NCBI RefSeq assembly: GCF_001194135.2
Contig: NC_068994.1
Span: 58,915,421-58,979,420, forward strand
From: Octopus bimaculoides
Taxonomy: Eukaryota
DNA length: 64,000 nucleotides
Direction: 5' to 3'
Part shown: in pieces, positions 37,401 to 46,624 of the stretch
How the letters are laid out: the number at the start of each line of letters is the position of its first letter
How positions within the stretch are numbered: position 1 is the stretch's first letter
The notes under the pieces: model-generated
The model's input: the letters and a program-made list of their open reading frames with translations, nothing else
Databases searched by the model: none
Told to the model about the DNA's origin: nothing
Position numbers and translations under genes: made by a program

Positions 37401-40400
37401 ATCAAAGTTTATATCCTTGTCCCCTATAATGTCACGGTATTCTCTTTTCTCGTGTCTCTCCAGTCCGTCTGGAAACTCCACAGAAGCAGTCCGATGCCAA
37501 CACTGGCCAAGTTACTCGTATTTTGCCTTCCTCCCAGCAAACATCGGTGGGTTACTGCTGCCTGTTTACTTCCAGGAGATCTCCAAATGGTTTGTGGTGA
37601 TCGCAGTGGCTCCCTCTATGTGTATCCCTTTGGGAAATCTACTGATGAGGTAAGGCTTCTCTCCCTTCTCAATCTCTCTTTGCTCTCTCTTTCTCTTTAG
37701 GCTGACAATTTTGAGGTGATTAAAGTGACCCCCAGTACTTGACTGGCATTTTATTTTGTTGACTCCCCTCCCCCAAAGGATCAAAGGTAAAGCTGACCTT
37801 AGTGAGATTTACCGAAGGCAATACCTCATAGTATTTTGTCCATTGTTCTCATAGTTCTGTCAATCCACCACTCTTATATGTAATAATAATAATTTCTCCT
37901 TTAGGCACAAGGCCCGAAATTTTGGGAGAGGGGTGGGGCAGTCGATTAGATCGACCCCAGTATGAATCTGGTACTTAATTTATCGACCCCGAAAAGATGA
38001 AAGGCAAAGTCGACCTCGGCGGAATTTGAACTCAGAACGTAGCGGCAGACGAAATACTGTTAAGCATTTCGCCCGGCTTTAATCCTTTCTACTAAAGGCA
38101 CAAGGCGTGAAATTTTGCAGGAGGGGACCAGTCGATTACATCAACTCCAGTCTTTCACTGGTACTTAATTTATTGACCCTGAAAGGATGAAAGGCAAAGT
38201 TGACCTCAGCAGGATTTGAACTCAGAACCTAAGGGCGGATGAAATGCCACTAAGCATTTTGCCCAGCGTGCTAATAATTCTGTCAGTACACAATCCGTTC
38301 TGGTAATAAAACACAAGGCTTGACATTTTTCAGGAGGGTTAAATTGACTGAATCTACCCCAATGATCAACTGATCCTTATTTCATTGACAACAAAGTTGA
38401 CCCCTGTGAAGTTTGAATGCAGAACATAAAAATGGATGAAATACCCGCAATGCATTGCCTGACATGCTAATGGTTCTGCCTGCTAATTATATTGACACAG
38501 ATATATAACTGGTATCTATTGATCACCCAGTCGACCTCATTAGCATAAGGGCAAAACAGAATGTCCAAAGACTCTGCCATTGATTGCACAACAACAACAG
38601 CAATAAATGTAAATAACTGTCTCCGTAGTTTCCTAGAGACTTGTAGGAGAGAGAAGTCAGGTGGTTGGATTGATACCAGTGTATTACTGGTACTATATCA
38701 ATGTCACTGGCAGGGAAATGGTGTAGGTGGTGGTGGTGATGGTAGTAATAAGAGGGAGAATAAATATCAACCAGCAAATTTCAATTCAGTAACCCTGTAC
38801 CCGTTTCTTTTACCCAGCTTTGCCACCCTGAACAGTGTTTTCCAAAACTTCATGGCAAGGCAGGTGTCACTGATGTATGTTACCATAACAACTATCTGTA
38901 CACGGCTGGTAGAGATGGACATTATCGGCAATACACGGTGACAGAGGACGGCTCTTTGAAACTTGTGAATAATAATAAGGTTGGTATTGTTGTCAATGGT
39001 GGGTGATCATGGGTGGATGTAAGTCAACTCTGATTCAGCAGATTTATGATGACACACATTCCACCCATGGCCATCCCATCTGTTTTTTTCTGAATTTTTA
39101 CTTTGGTAAAACAGTAGATTTGGCTACTGTTTCTAGAAGCTTGACCAATCACATAAAGATTCCATCATTGTCAGGATCTAACAGAACTATCGCAGAGATA
39201 TAAACAACAGACATGGACTTCCAGGGATGGCCCTCCTCTGCTTAGCCAGAGGTGGTCATACTATGGACTCTCACATGCAGGGATTTATTATATACCTACA
39301 GTGTTGGGTGCTGGTGCCATGTAAAAAGCAATCTGTAAAGTGGTTGGTGATAGGAAGGGCATCCAAGCATAGAAACCTTGCCAAAGCAGACAAATGGTGC
39401 CCAGGGCAGCCTTCCAGCTTTGCCAGCCCCTGTCAAACCATCCAACCCATACCAGCATGGACAACAGACGTTAAATGATTATGATGATGAATCAGTGAAA
39501 GACATGATATGCATGCGATTGTGCATATCCTTCACTGCTGCAGTTTGCAGTGAAAGCTATGTTGCACTCTCTTTGTTATGCAGTTTGTTTTTTTGAAAGA
39601 CAATTGCTGTTTAGCCCTGGGTCAATCTTGATCCAGCAGACCTATGATCAAAACCATTCCATTGGTGACTATCCTGTCTTTTATTCAGGCATAATGTATC
39701 TAGGACTACATTATAAAATGTGATTAAGATGAATTTGATTTATTTTATAGCCAGTGGAGTGATTATTTAGAAACTGTTACAGTTTTGTGCCTGGTGTGGT
39801 TGTTGTTGTTGTTGTTGTTGTTATGGTGATGGTTGTTATTGTTGTTGCTGAGCTAATCTTTCACACACNNNNNNNNNNNNNNNNNNNNNNNNNNNNNNNN
39901 NNNNNNNNNNNNNNCCCCCCCCCCCGCATACCTACTCACCTTCTCTATACTATGTACCCCACTTCACTAGAGCACCACCACTCATTCCTCTCTCTCTCTC
40001 TCACATCTTTAGATCTACAAAGGATTCGATTGGTTTGAGAAACTTCTTTTCGGAGACGAGTTACTCTTGTTTGGCTTTCATTCTGTAAGTATTCTTTGTT
40101 TAATTTGTGCATTGAGAAATGTCAAATGGTAGATTTAAGGTTACTTTTCCAACACTTAGGGTAAACCAAGCATTAATTTTTAGATTCTGATGTTTGTTTG
40201 CAGATTATTTTAAACCACAGAGGTTAAAACATCTTGCATGGGACCTGGGTTTGTACTCCAAATCATTGTTCAATCATAAAGGGATGTTGCTCTTACATGT
40301 GGCAATGCAAAGAACACAAACGGCCCAAGTAATTCAGGCAAAGATTATGGCACTGGGTTTTAGCTACCAAAATTGAGTGTAGAATGTTATTTGAGGGAGA

Positions 40401-43400
40401 TTTGACTGTGATTTCTAGTAAGTTGACTGGTGACATAGCACCTCTCTCATTTATTTTGTCTTTTGTACCAACAGGTGAATTTCATATTGTGGAATTGTAG
40501 CAAATCTGAGAAACTTCTGGAAATACCCTGTGGGGGTGGCCATCGCAGTTGGAGCTGTTTGTTAAGGAACAATCTGGTTCACTTTGTGTATATTAAGGCT
40601 CAAGACATTGTCATCTGCAGAGCGTCGATCCGACCAACATTGGTTTTAAAGGTAAGGGATCATCAACTGTGTATTCTGGGACATTTCACATCACCATCAT
40701 CATCATCACCACCACCATCATTCATGTTGTCACCATCATCATCATTGCTACAAATTCACTACTCTTTCTCTTCTTGTTTCTTTCCTCCTCCCACTACTCT
40801 AGCAAAGCCACCATGGACGTCAGATGCTGGACATCAAACATATATCATCAACATCGACACAACATTCAGGTAAAACATTTATTTTATGCTGTCCCACATA
40901 TGAAACAAGCTGTTGGACATAACTCCATGTCAACAGTAGTTGAGCATTTGTATGAGCATCTCCAGAATGGTTTTGTTATTCTTGCACACGTGGCTGATGG
41001 CAGGACGATGCCTATAGATTTTATTCCTAACTGGAAATCCTCCCCCCCTCCCCTAATGTCACTGCCAGGCCAGGGATTTCTGGAAATTATCCTTGGACCT
41101 CAGCTCAAAAGTCCTTAGGAAAAGACCACTTCGTTGATTTTCATCAATGCCCAGAATTTTCGCAAGGACGTCTTCATTCTTACCCACCATTAATCCTCTA
41201 AAGAGCACCAGAGAGGATTATCCACTGACTGCATAACCCAACTGGCAGAGGGCTGTGAGCATCCGATGGCGCCCAGCCTTGGCCTACACTTCATCCAGGA
41301 AATGCTGGAAATGTCACAGCCTCAGCACACGTCTGTGGATCATTGACCCAAGCGCATCAGTTGTGATGCCTTTCCAAATGCCTCTTCTAGATTACAAACT
41401 AGAAAGTTAGTTTGTAACCAAGGTCACCATGTCGTGCACATGTGGTCGTGATGCATCTGCCTGGTGTACCCTTATCAAATGGGTACTCATGATGGGATTA
41501 TTGAGCTTCATATATTTGTACCCCAGCTTCACTTTGGTGGCATGCACTGCTCTTTCACTCATAATAATAATAATAATAAAATAATGATTTTAAATTTTTG
41601 TCACAAGGGCAGCTTGGGGGAGGGGATTAAGGCGATTACATTAACCCCCAGTGTCTCACTGGTACTTTAATTTATCGAGCCCAGAAAGGATGAAAGGCGA
41701 TGCTGACCTCTGTGGAATTTGAACCCAAAACATAAAGACGGATGAAATGCCACTGAGCATTTTGCCCGGCATGCTAATGACTCTGCCACCTTAAATAATA
41801 ACAACAACAATAATAAAAACATCAACCAAAGTAACTGATGATGACGATGATGATGATGCAGGAGGGAAACATGTGTGTTGTCTTCTTCAACATGAAACCT
41901 TTCTTTCTTTCTTTTGCAGATGTCAGCAACCATCTCTGTATTGGCTGCAGTGAAGACACCTCCCTTCAACTGTTTCACCTCAACTTCAGTATCCTTGACT
42001 CCTTTCATTTTTCTCCTTCTTCCCCTCTCCACCCCCCCTCTCTCTCTCTTTTGGCTTCATTCCTCTTACCTCTCCCTGTGTAATAACCCCAGTAGGAAGT
42101 CTTTATGCTAGAAATGGCAACCAACTCTTCCTTGAATCACTCTCTGTTGTCTTAAGACAAGGACCCATTAGATAAATGAAGTGCTCCATACCTCTAATCA
42201 GACAGGGTGGTCACATCTGCAATGTCTTTGATCATGCATCTGCTAAGCAACAACTCCACCTGAAATAATAGAAGTATCTCTTTACAGCTAGGTGGACTGT
42301 GCTACCACATGGTACCTATTGATAGCTAGTGGGTGTTGTACCACTATTTGGTACCTCTTTACAGCCAGGTGGGCTGTGTCACCATTTGGTATCTGTTTGC
42401 AGCTAGCAAGTCTGTACTTACAGCATGATACTTAATTACTGTAAGATGGACTGTCTCTACCACATGGTACCTCTTTACAGCACTGTGCCTATCATGATAT
42501 TTAATTCAGTGGAAAGGATTTGGTCACTTAACCCTTTTGTTACCATATTTCTGTTGAGATGCTCTGTGTTTCTTTCAATTACTTTAAATATAACAAAGAA
42601 TTTAGTAAAATAATTTAGTCACAATTTATGTTCCTAACACTAGCTTGATTATAACTAAGGTTTGGTGAAAGATTTTAATTCAAAACTTTAGAAAACAAGA
42701 CATTTGTACTACAGAGCCAGAGCCGGTTTCAGTTGGGTTGGTATTAAAAGGGTTACACATTTGTGAGTTGTTGTTGATGGACTCAAAACCATTCTTATGC
42801 TACAAATTCCTTCAAATTTTTATCTGAGAATAAAGAATCCTGCCATATTGGTCAGCTGTGATTTCTTTTCTGTTTTTTTTTTTTTTTTTTTTTTTTTTGA
42901 TTGATGATTCTCAACCCTTTTCTTGATCTTTGGACCCCTATGATTCCTATTTTACTCTTAAGGACCCTCAAAGTCATTCAGTGTTTAAACAATCCCTTTA
43001 TATTTTTGTAATTAGATATTATTAGGAATTGTATAAAAAAAAATTTGTTGAAATATTTTGTGTTTTGTAGAAATATCAACATTTTTTTTATTGTAAGCTT
43101 TAATAACAAAACATTATGTGGACCCTAGTCAAGAACCACCGATTTATATTGACCTTAATTTTAATTAACCAAAGAACACTCTGGGACCCCTAACACAACC
43201 GCCACAGACATGAAGACCCTTGCTACTTTACAAGCCCATATATCCAGTGTCCGGTGTTTGACTGTCCTACCCAGCACGGGCTCATCATTGCATCCTTCAA
43301 CATTAGATGCGGAGGCCTTCTTGGTGGTTTCTGGTGGGGGACGGGCCCAGCTGAACGTGTGGCGCTTCATTATGGGTTCAACCTCTGACAGAAAAGAAGA

Positions 43401-44195
43401 GAAGAGGGTGAGAAGTGAGGAAGAAGAGGCAGAAACAGAAGACGGGGACAAATCTGAATTCAATTGTATTCACGAACATCTCTGTTCAGAATTTCTCATC
43501 AAACGTCCTCCAAAACTTTGGAAATCCCGTGTGCTCACACTCGATCCAGAAATGCGTATTTTAAGCCTCACAGCTTTCCATGGACACCAGATCGACACAA
43601 GTGTAGAGACTGGGTTTGTGTTTGTTGCTGCAGCCTGTTCTGATGGTACTCTACGGTATGTCACCTTTTCTTTGAAACATTATTGCTTTTTTTCTTTTTT
43701 TTGTTAAGGTAACGAGCTAGCAAACTCGTTAGCACGCCAAGCTAAATGCTTAGCTGTATTCTGCCAGTCACTCTGTTCTGAGTTCAAATTCCACCGAGGC
43801 TGACTTTGCCTTTCATCCTTTCAAGGTCGGTGAATTAATGACCAGTGAAGCACTGGGGTTAATGTAATCGACTTATCCCCTCCCCCTTGTGGCAAAATTT
43901 TAAACCATTCTTGTTATTTTTATTATTGTTATTCTTGAAGAATTGGTTGAGTTCAAATCCCACTCAGATCAACTTTGTCTTTCATCCTTCTAGGGCTAGT
44001 AAAATAAAGTACTGGTCAAGTACTAGGGTTTAAGGCAAATTTCTGGCCCTGTAACCTATCTTACAGACAATTATTGATATACAATTGACTGTACCAGTTA
44101 TACATACATAGACACATACACATAGCAACAGACACATACAACTACAGTTACATCTACACACACACACATGCACACATCTATAACTACAGACATGC

Positions 44196-44262
<67 letters not shown>

Positions 44263-46592
44263 TGCTCATATACATTTTTTGACACACAGCAGTGGAAACT
44301 GTTTCTGGAAGAGGCTAACATTTGTCTCCCCGAGGAAATGTATCTCTCATCCTGTTCCGATTGTGAAACTGGTGATAAATGATGTTTTATGACTTGTGAA
44401 TCACTAGAATCCAGCCACGGACATTGAGACCCTGTCCACTGATTCTTTCGTTTTATTTACTGTTGCAGACTTTACTGCTTTGATGAGCGACAACACAACA
44501 AAAATAACAACAACAGAAACGGCAGCCAACTGCTTTCGGTTTGGCAGCAGCAATGCCATGGTGGAAGCTGTGTTCTGCAAGTGTCTCATATTCTGTATCA
44601 CTGTAATAACCATCGAGACAGCAACATTAGTGGCACCAGGTGCAGTAACAGTGGTGCACCTGGTGCCAACAGGATCCTTGTTGTCCTTGTTTCAGCTGCA
44701 ACAGATGGTCAGCTTGCTTTCTGGGACATCACTGCAATCTGCAATGGTCACCTTCATCAGCTCCTCAACCGACCCCACTGTCCCCATCCTTCGCAAGATT
44801 TTGCTCAAACTTCTGTGAACTCCAACACCTCAGAACACGGTTTCAAATCCTCAGCAGTCCACACCATTGAAGAAGACAGTGACCCACTGGACAAGCAGAC
44901 ACAAACGTTGATGGGGAATGCTTCATCTGGTTTCTCTCAATGCAATGAGGATGGTGGTGATACTGATGATGGTGATGATGAGGAGGAGGCTCATTGTAAT
45001 AATATTGATGAAAATGCTGATGATGATGATTGTCTTATCTACAAAACGTCTGCCCATCAATCGGGTGTCAACAGTTTACATCTGTTACAACAGCAAGGTA
45101 ACATTTACTCTTATAGATACCATTAGATTGTCGTCTGCATGTGTGTGGTCAGTGTGATTGTTCAGGCTTTCAACCTGTTCTTTAGTAACTATAAATTCAG
45201 ATCAGTCTCCTTCACTGCCAGTTAGTTCATCCAGGTAACAGAAGCTATTTTCTTATGTCTACGGATCCTCACACATTTGAGAAAATCAATTTTCGATGCA
45301 CTCTTATTGTTTATTGCTTCTGCACATCTTCTCTCTTAATCTTCCTGCGATTCCGCTGCACCTCTTGTGTAGTCATAGTTTGCACTTTGTAAACTTGATA
45401 GAATTTCTACCAATTCTTGTTTTCCTATTTCCTGAAGCTTTGGTCTTTATCTCTGTTAAATTTACTTTGAGGTCTTTTCTTTCCCTCCTTAGAATTCTTT
45501 TTTTTTTCTAATTCTACTATACAGCTTGCTATGAAAATAAGGTTATCAGCTTATAGCAGTTCCTAAAAGCATATGGTCTAAAACTCTCCTGGTCTAGAGA
45601 ACAATGATGAATAGAAGGGGACTGAGAGCCAAACCCCTACATGCCATTTTTCATTGTTACTCTCACTTTACTGTCAGTATCTCTTGTTTATAATTTCTAT
45701 GGCTTTCACAAGCCATTCTTTGCTCTCCTGGTCCCCTCAGTGACCACCAGATCACATAGCAAGGATCCCTGTTGGAGCTTTCTTCAGGTTGACCAATGTA
45801 TGAATGTTTATGAGTATACATGTGTAGCTATGTCTGCCTGTATTCCCTTCCTCTTCTGTGGCAGTGGTAAGCATTGAACCTGAAATGTTTATCTTTTATT
45901 TCAGATTCCAGTTTCTTGTTGGCTTCTGGGGGTGATGACAATGCTCTCTTTGTCATGAAATTTGCCATCTCCCACATGGAAGACAGAACCAATGTTGTCT
46001 GTGAAAGGTCTATGAGCCACTGCAGTGCTCATGCTGCACAAATTACAGGTGTTTGGTTTGTAAACAGCACTTACCTCGTGTCTTCGTCCGTTGATCAGCG
46101 GATCTGTGTATGGCAGCTGCTGTTTGGAGAGGAAATTGCTCAGGTAAGACAGAACTTTTGTTGTTTTTCTATAGATACATGTCAGAGCTGGTCCACCAGA
46201 TATAGGCGTTCCAGACGTGACCCTTCCGCTTTTCCCCAAGCACTGTGTAAGGCTGCATTATCCAATCTCATTCATTTTTCTAAAGCAGCAAGGCATGATT
46301 TGAGGGAGATTTGGCTACTGTTTCTTGCAGGTTTAACGAATGACCAATGGCTTCTTCATTGCCTTTTTCTCAAGAGATCACTTTGGAAAAGGGAGATTAC
46401 TCTGACAAGAGCAGTAACTGGCTGTCTTGGTGGTTTCTTTTTGTTGCATTTTCCATCGATTTGGACAGTGATTTATTGAGGCAGTATTTATGCCTGGATA
46501 CTCTTGCTGTCTCCAACACTTATCTGTTTTTCAAATTGAGTTGTTTTTTTTTCTTTGTTTTAATCCAGATCTCTTCAAAACTGCAAAACAAT

Positions 46593-46624
<32 letters not shown>

